Shown piece by piece: positions 36,701 to 48,983 of a DNA stretch of 64,000 nucleotides. How positions within the stretch are numbered: the stretch's first letter is position 1; the number at the start of each line of letters is the position of its first letter. The DNA is from Azolla caroliniana. Lineage: Eukaryota; Plantae; Polypodiophyta. The notes under the pieces are model-generated. The model was not told the DNA's origin and did not search any database. It worked only from the letters and a program-made list of their open reading frames with translations. The position numbers and the translations under genes were made by a program. Location of the stretch: contig JBHGNT010000009.1 in NCBI GenBank assembly GCA_043228905.1, forward strand, positions 2,294,001 through 2,358,000, in the 5' to 3' direction.

Positions 36701-38844
36701 GCTAGAAGACCAAGAGCGAGAGGGACCTTCCACACCCATTTTAGAGACTTCGGCGGTTGCGGATCAACGTGAGACCGGAGAGACGGTGGGTGGCGGCGAG
36801 GAGTTGGAGGCCGAAGCGGACAAAGTTATCGGAGCGGGTATCCGGTATGAGATGATGGACGAGCGGGTCCAAGATGGCGAGCCCGGGTTGGAACGGGCTA
36901 CGGTGACAAAGGAAGAAGTGGCTGACGCGGAGGTCGGGTCTACGGCGGATAAAGGGCGTAACACGAAGCATGCATTACGGTCGGTGAAGGGCCCAAGAAC
37001 GAGCATGCATTCGAGAGAGCGTCAACGAGTGACCGGAAACGGTGGACCGATTGAGCCTTTGAGAGGCGAGGACTCGGTGGTGGACCGAGAGTGGGAGGAA
37101 CCCTCCACACCTACCCGTGAGGCATCGGCGGTCGCGGATAGAAAGGAGAACGAAGAAACGGTGGGTGGTGGCGAGGAGTTGGAGACCGACGCGGAGGTCG
37201 GGTCTACGGCGGAAGCGCGACATGAGACGCATGCAATACGGCCGGTGGAGGGCCAAGTCACAAGCATGCATACAGCGGATGGGCGACAACGATTGACCGA
37301 CGATGACGGTCGGGTCAAGCCTTCGAGAGGCAAGTGCAGGACGAAGGACGGCGTGGCGAAACACCAAGACCGACGACATGGGCCGAGCGCGATCGGCATG
37401 AGTGGAGAGTCGAGTCTTGAGAACCGAAGAAGGTGCGCGGAGAGCAACGGGCTACGTGCCGGGAAGAGGAAGCGCGGCTTCCCGGAGGGCATGCCAGGCC
37501 AAGCGGGCCAAGAGGGCGCAAGTCGAGGCGAAGCGGTAACGAGAGCCTCGAGGGACACCGACACGGAGGTCGGGATCACAGTACGTTGTACTGCGAGAGA
37601 GCACGGCAAACAACGGGGAAAGCCTATGGAAGGCAAGCACAGAGCGGTGAGAATCGGCACGCCGAGGTGTGCGGCACGCAAAGGGCGAAATCCGGCATGT
37701 GACCGGGAGCGCATTCGGAGGATATACGAGGCAGACAAAGGAAGAGCAACTGGGTCGGCGACGGCGTTCGAGAGGACTGAACGGGGAGGAAAGCACGGGC
37801 ATCAGATACGGCGGGTCGGATGTAATCGTTGGTTCAAGGACCCATGGTGGACGTGGCGGATCGGGTGGAGGCAACGACTCGGCGAACATCGTCGAGTGTG
37901 GCGGATCGGATGTCGCCGACGGTTCGAGACCATTCGGCGAGGATGGTGGACCGGAAGGCGGCGGTTGTTCGTGTGGACGGGGTGGTCTTGCTCGAAGTGG
38001 AGGACAAAACCGGGCGGGCCCACGAGGGCGCTAAGGACTCGGCCGGTCGTCGTGGCCGAAAATCTCGTGTTCTCTCCCCTATGTTTTGGCACATACCGGT
38101 GGATGTGCGGTTAGGTGGGGGCCGATGTCGTGAAGATTTTCGTCCACAAGCGGAAACCCGAGCAACGAGAGCCAAAGAGGGATGTGCAACGTTGCACACG
38201 TACATAATGTATTTGTAATAATAATAGGGGAAAAGGGTATGGTGCTAGAAATGCCCATAAGATCCCTAAGGTATAAAGGCGATGTGGTCTTGTGCGCACA
38301 TCCACGCGAGAGAGAGAGAGAGGTACTATGCGGTACATAGGTACCTAGTTGTTTGTGAGGAGGTGGGGGTTAAGGGGCCATTAATCTCACCCTCCCCAAA
38401 TCAAGGCAAATATCCCCTTTGAATGAAAGGGGATATTTTAGTCTCGTTTTTGTAAACGGTCTTCCCTCCTTGTGCTATAAAAGGAGAGGGAAGGCACCAT
38501 TGTGAGGTTTGCCTATTTTGAGTGTGCGAGGTATACCACATAGGTCGAGCGTTAGGGTTAGGGTTAGGGTTTCTTTATCTTGATCTTCATCTTCGTCGGT
38601 TAGGGTTTCGAGTAGTCGTTTGGTGCAGCCTATGCAGCCACCATTTTGTAATCGTTCACTTCGTTTTAATATATCTTGTTGATCATCTTGTCTCCATCTT
38701 CCTCTTGTTCGATCTAATCTCTTGTTCATTGTTCTTCTTCTCGAGCAAAGCTTCCATTCCACGTCTGATTCCTTCTCCTCTACTCCTTAGTCCAAGACCC
38801 CCGTGGTCCCGCCCTTCTCCACGCACGCGCGTAACAACGTGATA
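33769..38844 (+). mobile_element. Non-autonomous Phygy-derived LTR element G
   Basis: 719-bp LTRs 33769-34487 and 38126-38844; PBS-Trp 34492; PPT; perfect TSD CCGC; partial gag 34532-35320 and repeat ORF 35116-36393. Confidence 0.93.
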
Positions 38845-39422
38845 CCGCGTCATTAGCTCCTTCGACATAACTCTAGTAGCCATGCCCGAGCAGGTACTGG
38901 TGCATCTTGTAAGACCAAGACGCGTAGCTGGTTCTGTCGAGCTTCTCTGTTGGAAGCGAGCTCGCCATGCCTCTATCCATCGTTCTTCTTGTTCTTCTTC
39001 GTCAAGCTGTGTCGGCTGCAGAGAGGTTCTCAACCCTCGCGCTCTGATACCATGTAAAAAGTAACGTGCGGAAGCAAGTATGAAGACCGAACAGAAGGAA
39101 GAAAACTCAGGTTTAATGGAGAGCTTGAGCTTACGCAGTATACGTGGGAGAGATAGAGAGAATGAGAGAGAAAACACAAGAACTATATTCAACAAAAGAT
39201 CTTGATTCACTACTCTATACATATGTGTGTTCCATGAACACTTTTATACAAGTCCTCGAAGGACTGACTGAAGTACTGACCGTACTTCAATGCTCTTTAA
39301 GAGCTCCTACACTAACTCCCAAATATATTCCTCACAGCCTCCCGGTTTACGCACTCGGCCTCACCGATCCGGTCCTCGGCTTCTTCAGCCGATCCGGCCA
39401 ATGTTGAGCTTGTCTCTCAACA

Positions 39423-41837
39423 ACGTCCAATCTTTGTCTTGCCGACCCTGCCGGTTGGGCCCGTATCCGGTTGGTGACTGTCTCGCCGGCCTCATACCTC
39501 CTTTCGCTCTGATATCTGTCATCCGATCACATTCACCTGTCGCCACCGATCTTTCCTATAGGACTCACGCTGGCTCTCGAGCCGACCGCCGGATAGGTGT
39601 GAGGATCTTCGTGAGACCTCCCCTCTTGCTGTCTTGGTTGCTCGCCTTGCCGCCGCCACCGTTCCTTACTCTAGTTCTCATGCCGACTCTCGGGCCGACC
39701 GCCGGAATGTCTAGAAATGGTGTGTGTAAGGTCGCAGCTGCACTGCTTGTCGTAGCCCCTACCTCCGTGTCGGCCTCTTCTGCTGGTCATGTTCACCTGC
39801 CGCTACCATCGATCTCTCCTATAGGACTCACGCTGGCACTCGGGCCGACAGCCGGATCGGTGTGAGGATCTTCGTAGACCGCCCATCCGCAGTCCTTTGC
39901 CTTCGTCCCCTCGCCGCCACAGTCCGTCACTCTAGGTCTTACGCCGGCTCTCGGGCCAACCGCCAGAGACTCTAGGGTCTTGCTTCTTTGTAAGTCGAGA
40001 GGGTGGCTCACACCACACCCTCTCTCATGGTATCGACGTACCGTGTTCACGGGCTCTCTCTCTTCTTCTAGAGTTATCTGGAAGTCCATTCCGCCCCATT
40101 CTCATCCGGGTCCGCCCGTCATTCTTTGGATTGCCGGGTCCCGTTCTCCTGTCGCCACCGATCTCTCCTATAGGACTCACGCCGGCACTCGGGCCGACAA
40201 CCGGATCGGTGTGAGGATCTCCGTAGGACCGGTCTTCGTTCTCCGCTTCATCCCTTGAACTTCTCCCGAGCTCGTCGTCGCTCTCCTTGTTGTGCTCCCG
40301 CCTCCATCTTCCATCTCTTTCGGTTCGACGTTGCCACGTTGCCACGTTGGCTGAACTATCGAAGTCTCCAAACAAGCTGTGCGTTAACCGATTTCACAGC
40401 GTCTTTCGGCGACTCGTTCGGGACCACCGACCCTTTTAGTGGTGTCGGTGGAAAGCATCTAGTCTGTGATGAATCAAGCCCCGCTTGGGCTTGATTCTCC
40501 AATGTCCGGAGTTTCGGCTCCGATGCCGATCCTGCCGGACACGTTCTGAACCCTTGATCACCTTCCTTTCGATTCCCGACCTTCGCCCGGTCGGTCTTTC
40601 TCCCCTCTAACGTATCGGCACCTTCATGCCGATTCTGGCCCCAGTCGAACAGTCCACGACTGGACCGCGCTACATCTGAATCGGTGCGTCGCACGGTTTG
40701 GTCCCCGGTCGGGTGGTTTCTTGGTCTCTTCATCGACCTTCTCGCGGGCCATTTCCCATCCATCTTCCCTAGCATCGTGCTAGGACTCCTGGACACCGTC
40801 ATCCATCTCCTCGGTCTCACATGGGCGTAAGGGCCCGAATACTAGGTTCTCCGGAATCGGTTCCGAGGGCTCTTGTTCATTCCTTCCCGGTATCATCTTG
40901 CCGGTGATTCTCGGTCTCTCGCCGCCGCCTTCCTCCTCTTGGGGCTCACGTGGGCACTCGGGCTCGACTGCCATCATCTCAGGAGCAAGTGTGGGAAGAC
41001 ACGTAGAATCGCCCATCCTATTTACGCCCTTCTCCGTAGCCATCGGCTCCTCGTGGTCGGTGGTCGTCCCCTTTCCGATCGCGCAAACCCCGCCTGGGCT
41101 TGCTTCTCCAATGTTTGGAGTTTCGGGCTGACATGCCCGAAACTGCCAGTCCCAACGTTCTGATTCTGCGATCGGTATCTCGGCCTTGTCCTTGGCCGTT
41201 TTATTTATGCAAGCCGAGAGGGCGTTTTGTTCCGCACCCTCTCCCATGGTACTGTCGTACCGATCTTCTGCCATCTCGCGAGGCAAGCTCATCTCCTCGG
41301 AGTCGGCTCGCGGCCTCGATCTTTCCTCTTCCTCGAGCATTGCCTCGAGAGCTGCGTATGCCCCCGCAATCCTGGCCCCGAAGCCGAGCCTTGCCGACTC
41401 TGTTTGCCATTCGGCCTCTTCCAGCTGTGATGGCACGCCATTGTGTGCCTCCCTCTTAACCTTCTCGGCTCGCTCGTCATCTAGCTGTTGACATACCCTT
41501 CTGACCTTCGACCAGTCCTCCGTAAGGCCATTCGCTTCGTCCTCGTCTTCGAGCTAAATCTCGATGGCCTCCGGTTCCACTCGGTCGATTGACTTAACGA
41601 ACAACAGGACTTTGTCCGTCCCCACCAAACCTTGCTCACGATCCGTGAGCCGAGCAAGCCGCCGCTCGAACTCTCGGAACGCTTTCGTTGCTCCCCGGTA
41701 GGCCTTCGCCAATGCCACCCACTGGTCGAAGCCGCGTCGTCCCCGACTCTTCCGTTGTCCTCCATATGCCTGCAGGAGTGCCTCTTTGAAGGCCTCCCAC
41801 GAATTATGACCTTCTCGGAGCTCCTTCACTTCTGTGT
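39423..41837 (-). mobile_element. Internal fragment of a B-family non-autonomous element (H)
   Basis: 40700-41837 is homologous to 26560-27930; repeat modules at 39550-40230. Confidence 0.85.
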
Positions 41838-42837
41838 TGTCAAGGAAATCCTCGGGGATGCGTAGAAGTCGGGTAGGACCACGGGGGTCTCGAACCAAGG
41901 AATCGAGAAAACGAGGAGGGAGGAGTTTGAGGATCGCGTAGGTCTAGAGACCGCGGGGAAACAGGTAGGGCTAGCGAACAAGAGAGGGTAAGAGAGTCGT
42001 GCATAGACGCAGACACGGGCAAGACACTGAGAACAACGTCTATTAGGCAGAGAAGGTTTCTATTAAACAACACAGGTGCGCGGTGCTGTGGGTGATTACA
42101 ACCGGATCAGAGCCGGTGATGGTGCACAGAGCTTGCCAATAACCAGACACAAAGGTACGTTGGCACGCTGAAGGTCGATCCCCTGGACGGGAGCAGTCGG
42201 GCGTCTGTCGCGTGCAGGGGAAGCACCTTCAGAAGATTTGTCCTTACTCTCCTCTCTGTATATCCTCTCCTCTCTAAAAATGGCATCCTGAAGACAGTCG
42301 AAGGTCGTCCCTTTTATAGCACAAGGGGCGATCGTTACAAGCATACATGACGTGTCGCTTTCCCTTCCAAGATTCTTTCTCCTGATTCACTCCCCTCGTA
42401 ACTCTCCCTACATATGCGATGTTCTATTTTTTCTTTAATGCTCTAACTACTTAGTGCCCCTCCGTATACTAATGCCTAGTACTTTCCCTATTTAATTCTC
42501 TCGAGGCGTGCATTCGCGTAAACCGGTGTTCCTGCGCATTTCACCTTGTTTCTACCTATGGCCCGGAATCTTCACGACATCCACCCCCACTAAACAGCAC
42601 ATCCTCCGGTATGTGCCAGATTGTGAATTTAGTGGAGGGTTCCGGTGTTGTGTGGCGCATGACACACGTGCCAAACATTGTGATGTGCGCGTCACAAGCG
42701 TGGACAAGCATCAGGCCTCTATCCGCTAGTGGTTATGGAGGATTGATGATGGGATCGTTCAAGATAACGGAACTGCGGAAGGACTAATGCAAGCCAGAAG
42801 TATTAAAGATAAATTGATAGATAGATACAGGTGGGAA

Positions 42838-42910
42838 TTCCTATTCCCGGTTTGAACCTTTGACTTCAAAATTGAGATAGAAGACACCTTGCCAACGAGA
42901 TAACTAGAAC
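42838..42910 (-). promoter_or_regulatory. tRNA-like A/B-box cassette in the LTR of element C (copy ~51423-51495)
   Basis: Minus strand TATCTCGTTGG (42902)...AAGTC-AAAGGTTCAAACC; T8-to-G53 distance 45 nt. Confidence 0.55.
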
Positions 42911-45205
42911 TTATTAATCAATACATTGTCTCCTATCCTGGAGGTGTAAGGTTCAAACCCTTACTTGCACCTCATTGTATACGTTAAGCTTATTTTATAT
43001 ATTTGTATAATGAACACCCAAACACACATCACACGTACACATTAATGTGTTAACATACACGTCTAACCATCACTCCTTTTATACGTGTGCACATTGCACC
43101 AAGTTCTTGATTTCCCTCGTTTCATGCGATTTTCCCACTGTTGCCGAAAATCTTTACGACATCCACCCCCACCAAACCGCACGTCCTCCGGTACGTGCCA
43201 AGAAGAGAATGTGAGATTTTGGCTACAATGTGAGATTCCTCCACGTCCTCATTGACCTCACTCACGTTTGTGGGTTTCGCCTTACTATCTTCATTGTTGA
43301 GATCATCGAGTTCGAGACCCTCACCTTGTCTTTTCTTGAAGATCTTTAGTCTTTTTCCTACAATCGATATGGCCAGCCTTGATCCGTCTAGCTCCACATA
43401 TGATCCGAACCACCTTCTTGCAAACTTTCTTGTCGTCTTATGTTGGTTGTCAAAGCTATTGTTGCAGACCAATACCCAACCTTCTTCTTCGATCTTCTTG
43501 GGGTGTTGACAATGTGTCTTCTCAAAACGAATCTAAAAACCGGGTGCTTCTTCTAATTAGCCAATCCTTTTCTTTGAGATGGGAGATAGAAATGTTGGCA
43601 ATACAACCTCCTCTATTTAGTTGAACATCCCACCATCTTGATACATCTTTTCCTTCCTTCCTGTGTGTTGTCTTTATAATCACTTCTTTCCTTTCTTCTT
43701 TACAAATAATAACCATCCATTTTACCACAACCTCATCTACTTACATCATCATTATAATAATCCTTTGAGTTAACGACATCTTTGATCACCGAATCTTTTT
43801 TTACAAATAAGCATCATATTCAATATCATCTACCCTAAAATTATCCTTCCCAAACACACTCACAACACCAATATTATCGTTATACATATCCCAAACCATC
43901 ATAGCATTTTCTAGATTATCTTCAATATTATCAACCTTAATCCCATCCTTCCCACACATGCTCACAACATCAACATCATCATTATACACATCCCAGATAA
44001 CATTTCCTAGATTTTCCTTGCTTATACCCGTGTGATCATTATGTAACCCCACATCCACATGGACATATTTTTGTAGAACATCCTCATCATCACAAGTACC
44101 TATTCTATTTTCATAATGGATATCCTCATGAATGTCACCATTTGATCTAGTGAAACTCTTATAAAATCTATCACGAAGAAAACCAAGGCAACCTAAAACA
44201 CATGATTTCTCTTCGTCACTCTCACCCTCATCATTACCCCTATCATAACCAAATCCACAGAAAGTGCACAACTTTCTATCATCATAACCCTCATTCTTCT
44301 CATGGCACTCACTCTCACCGTTAATAATGCATTCTCCCTTACTATCATCAAGCCCTAAATCGTGTGTTTCATTTCTATCATCACATTTAAATGTAAAGTT
44401 TTCGTCTTTTTCTAACTCCTCTTGTTTGTGGCTCTTATTAAACCTATCATAATTGTCATCAAAATTTAAACCATGAGAGTTTTGATCCCAACCTTTCTCA
44501 CCATCATGGCTTCCATCGAGTGTTTTTTCATTAGCACAACCATGAAGAGCTCGACATTGATTTCTCCTCTTGTGTTTATAGTAATCTTTGACACAATCAG
44601 AACTTTGTAGATCTTGAGCAGTCTTTGTGAGTTTGTAATGATGTTTGTCTTTGTCATAATCGTGTAGATCTTGATCTTTCTCTTCAAGCCCACATTCTTT
44701 ATCTGATGTCTCTTCATGATTGCATCCTCGAGTATCTTGGTCTTTCCCCTTGTGCCCACGTTCTTCATCACATGTCTCTTCACGACTGTGTCCTTGAGTA
44801 TCTTGGTCTTTCCCCTCGAATGTGTCAGGAATAGTACTAAACAGAGATAGGATTAGTACTAAACAGAGAGAGAATTAGTACTAGAGAAGGGAAGTACAAT
44901 TAGAACTAAGGGGACGGGACTGCGTAAGACTCCCGAGAGAGGAAGAGAGAAGAGGAGAGAGAGAGAGAGATAGCAAGGACAAGAGATGATGATAACATAT
45001 TATATATTATAAGAAGAGTAAGTACAAAAGGGCTATGAGGCTAAAGACTAGCGTTGAACCAATTTGGTTCAACATAATGCCTAGTGCCCTCTTTTATAGT
45101 GTTCTCAGGAGTAATCCTGAAGCTTCTAGAATGTTCTAGAGAAATCTGGAATATACATTAATTTCCTATAATAAAATGTAAATTAAAATAATATCCTACA
45201 TATTA

Positions 45206-45276
45206 CAATAGATGATAGAATGGTCAAGGGCTCGACCCATATAACCTAAGGTCATGGGTTCGAGTCTTGCCATATC
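45206..45276 (+). promoter_or_regulatory. tRNA-like A/B-box cassette at the U3 end of the Tcn1-like LTR (copy ~50441-50511)
   Basis: TGATAGAATGG (45213)...AAGGTC-ATGGGTTCGAGTC; T8-to-G53 distance 45 nt. Confidence 0.65.
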
Positions 45277-48200
45277 ATGACACTATCCCCCCTTTAAAAC
45301 AACGAGTGTCACGAGTCGTTTTGGATGGAGGACCCGGTTTGTGTGGATATTGCCGATGGAAGTCTTCAAGAAGCGCACGAGCATTGGTCACATTCTCGAT
45401 CGGTTCCCAAGTACGTTCGCTGGGACTATAGCCTAGCCAATCGACTAGATAGTAGAGCTTGTTGCGAACAATCTTGGAATCAAGGATGGCGGCAACCTCG
45501 TACTCCGGTCCATCTTCAAGCTCGATCGGGGGTGGAGGTTGTATAATACGCCCTGGGATGGTGCTCTCGTGATAGGGTTCGAGGAGAGAACTATGAAACA
45601 CCGGATGTATCCGAAGTTGAGGAGGTAGATCGAGACGAAAAGTGACATCATTAATCTTCCCGATAATACGGAAAGGACCTAATCGCTAATAATCCAACTT
45701 CTCACATGGGTGAGTAGTCTTGATGTGTCGTCGTAGCAGCCACACCCGATCTCCAATGTTAAAACTAGATGGAAGTCGACGACGATCCGCGTAGACCTTG
45801 TCTGTTTGTTGAGCTTGCTGGAGATGAGTAGATAAATCTGCTTGTATCTTGTGTAACTGCTCCAAACGATCCTCCGTGCAAGGATTTGTGGACACCTCTG
45901 GGGTTTCAAGTACACTCCACCGAGGGTGACATCCCGTATAAGCATAAAATGGCAAAACTTTAGTCGATGTGTGGATAGAGTTATTATAGGCAAATTCGGC
46001 AAAGTGGAGAATATCTACCCAGTTATCCTGATGATAGTTGAGAAAGCACCGCAGATACTGCTCCAGCGTTTGATTTGTTCGTTCGGCTTGGCCGTCGGTT
46101 TGTAGGTGGTAGCCGGAGGAGAGGTTACAAGTGACCTTGAGCATTTTAAAAAGGTGCTTCCAGAATTTTGACACGAACTGGGGTCCACGGTCTCTGACGA
46201 TACTATCAGGAAGTCCATGATGCCAACATACTTCACGCATGACAATTTCGGCGGTGTCTTCATTGGAGATTTCCTTAGTACATGTTAAGAAATGAGCCAT
46301 CTTCGTATATCGATCTACCACTGTTAGAATCGCATTGAACCCCTTAGAGACTGGAAGATCTGTGATGAAGTCGAGAGCAATGGATTGCCATGGCTTGCTT
46401 GGAATTCGTAATGGTTCTAATAAACCATAGGGATGATGCCTTGGCATTTTCGCTCTACAGCATGTATCACAAGTCCGAACAAAATCTTCGAGAAATTGTC
46501 GCATACGGGGCCACCAGAATGATCGTTGTACTAAATCTAATGTTTTAGTACTACCAAAATGCCCAGCTGTATATGTGTCATGACAATTTTGTACTACTCG
46601 ACGGCGGCAAGAACCATTAGGAACATACAAAAGTTCTTTAAAGAAGAGTAACCCATCAGGGTATTTGAATTGCCGATAGTCCGTACTTGGTGGTTGTGAC
46701 TGTGAACACGACGCTCGAGAGGGATCAATTTGTGCTAGTATAGCTTGGGCGAAAGCATCTGTCTTCAGGTCCGCACGTATGATATTGATAACGTGGGAAT
46801 CCATGGGCATGCCAAAAACTTGTGTTGCTTGCAGTCGTGCCGGTCCCAAGATTACTTGCTTTTGGTTATCGAAAGCCAGCTCGCCGGGATGCGGTGTTAG
46901 ATATGAACGCCGTGATAATGCATCTGCCTTCCCTTGGTGCTTCCCCGAACGATATGTAATTTTGAAGTCAAAACGCGTGAGGAAGTGGGCCCACCGAGCT
47001 TGACGTCGATTTAACACACGAGCATCCTGAAAGTAGGCAAGGTTTTTATGGTCACTGAATACGGTGACTTGATGAGAGGATCCCTCTAAAAAATGCCTCC
47101 ATTGCATAAACGAGTCCACTATTGCCAATAGCTCCTTATCATGAATTTCGTAATTGATTTCGGTGGCGTCAAACTTGCGTGAGTGAAAAGCCACAGGATG
47201 TAGCTTCTCATCATGACCCCGTTGTGACAGAATGCTCCCCAATGCGAAATCCGATGCGTCAGCTTCGATAATGAATGGTAGTTCCGGATCGACATGAGCT
47301 AGAATTGGAGCCGATATAAACGCCTTTTTAAGACTCTCGAAAGCCATATCTGCTTCTTCAGACCAAACGAACGATTGTCCCTTCCTGGTAAGCTGTGTGA
47401 GAGGCAGAACGAGCTTTGAGTAATCTTGTATAAACTTCCGGTAAAAATTGGCAAAGCCTAAAAAGCATTGCACATCTCGCACTGAGCGCGGAGCCTGCCA
47501 TTCTACCACCATCTTGACCTTAGCTGGGTCCATGGAGATGCCTTTTGATGAAATGACGTAGCCTGAAACTACATTTTTCTAGCTTTGCGTAAAGACCATG
47601 TTCTCGAAGTCGTTTTAGTACTAACAGTACATGAGAATCATGCTCTTCTTCGGTCTTTGAATAAACTAGTAGATCATCCAAGTAGATGATCAGACACACA
47701 TCCAAGAGATCTCAGAATATATCATTTGCCATGTGCCGGAAGACGGTTGGCGCATTAGTGAGGCTGAACGGCATGACCGTATACTCGAAGTGCCCATATC
47801 TAGTGCGGAACGCGGTCTTCCATTGATCTCTTGGTCAAATCCGTAAGAGGTTATAGTTCCCCCCGTAAGTTGATCTTTGTGAAGAATCTGGCACCATTGA
47901 TCCGTTCTAAAAGACTTGAGATAAGGGGAAGTGCATACCTATTGCGGATTGTAACTTTATTCAAGCCACGGTAATCTACCACCAGACGAAGTGAGCCATC
48001 CTTTTTCTTGACGAAGAAAATGGGTGCGCCGGCTGGAGATTTCGAATGTCGAATGAATCCATTCTCCAAATTCTCCTCTATATAGACTCGAAGGACTTCT
48101 AGTTCGGTTGGTGACAAATTGTAGATCGGTCCCCATGGTGGCTCTTTCCCCGGTTGTAAATCGATGGGGTAATCATATGGTCGATGGTGAGGAAGTGTAT

Positions 48201-48810
48201 TGGCTCGTACTTTATCGAATACATCGGCATAATGATGATACTTCTTTGGAAGTTGAACGGTGGACTCCTCTTTAATGGTGTCGGAGGGTTTTAGTGATAT
48301 TGCGAAGAGAAACATTTCTTCCTTGCGTCCTTCTTCCCGCAACTGATGTAGTGAAATGGTGGCAATCTTCTGAGTAGATCCTCGGGTTTGTTGACACTGG
48401 ATTTCTCTTGTTCTCCAATCTATGTCTGGGTTATGTAACTCGAACCATGGTAATCCCAAAACGATGGGATGTTCTGGGATACTAATAATGTTAAATGATA
48501 CTACACATGCTAAGTTATCTAGGACAATATTAACAGGTTCAGACTCTTCTATGATATTTCCGGAAGCAATGGGACGACCATCAATGACAACTACAGAGGC
48601 TGGACACAGAAGTTTTCTAAGAGATATCTGATGAGCTTGGGCAAAATTCCTATCCATAAAGCAAGAATTAGCTCCGGAGTCTAGAAGTGCTAAGACGTGT
48701 ACTGGAGGGGTACTTTTAGTACTAACTGTTACTTGGGCTACGAACACATTACTAACTTGCTTAGAGGGAATGGAACCACTAATGGGCTGCACAGATCTAG
48801 GGCTATCCAA
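45275..48810 (-). pseudogene. pol of the Tcn1-like element (PR-RT-RH-IN-chromodomain)
   Basis: ORF pieces 47851-48810, 47520-47705, 45686-47533, 45275-45601 (EYEVAAILDS...YLVDWLGYSPSERTWEP), broken by stops and frameshifts. Confidence 0.93.
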
Positions 48811-48983
48811 CCAAATGGCTCCTATTTTGGCTGGACTTAGTTGTTTAACTCTTCTTCTAACTGACTAAGGATATCAAATTTGTTCGCTAGATCTAGGCTA
48901 TTAGTACTATTAGTACTATCAGAAATCCCTACTGTAATAGGCTCGGGTTTAGTACAATTAGAACTAGCAACTATTTGGTTTAC

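Larger units (their letters stand above)
25198..39422 (-). mobile_element. Ty1/copia element, 3'-truncated, interrupted by elements B and G
   Basis: 5' LTR 39053-39422; PBS-iMet TGGTATCAGAGC (39041-39052); gag from 38968; WYVDSGASNH protease; integrase RSDGGKEY; RT YVDD at ~25440; removing B restores MGFVTSKSDSSLF. Confidence 0.92.

Noticed and set aside
26532-38218. Numerous long overlapping and antisense ORFs (e.g. 26532-27482, 36657-38114, 37022-37738)
   Set aside because: Expected in GC-rich, stop-poor TE interiors; no recognisable domains
25506-38844. Hammerhead ribozymes (retrozymes) in non-autonomous LTRs
   Set aside because: I did not find a CTGANGA...GAAA core with supporting helices by eye; a covariance-model scan would be needed to exclude it
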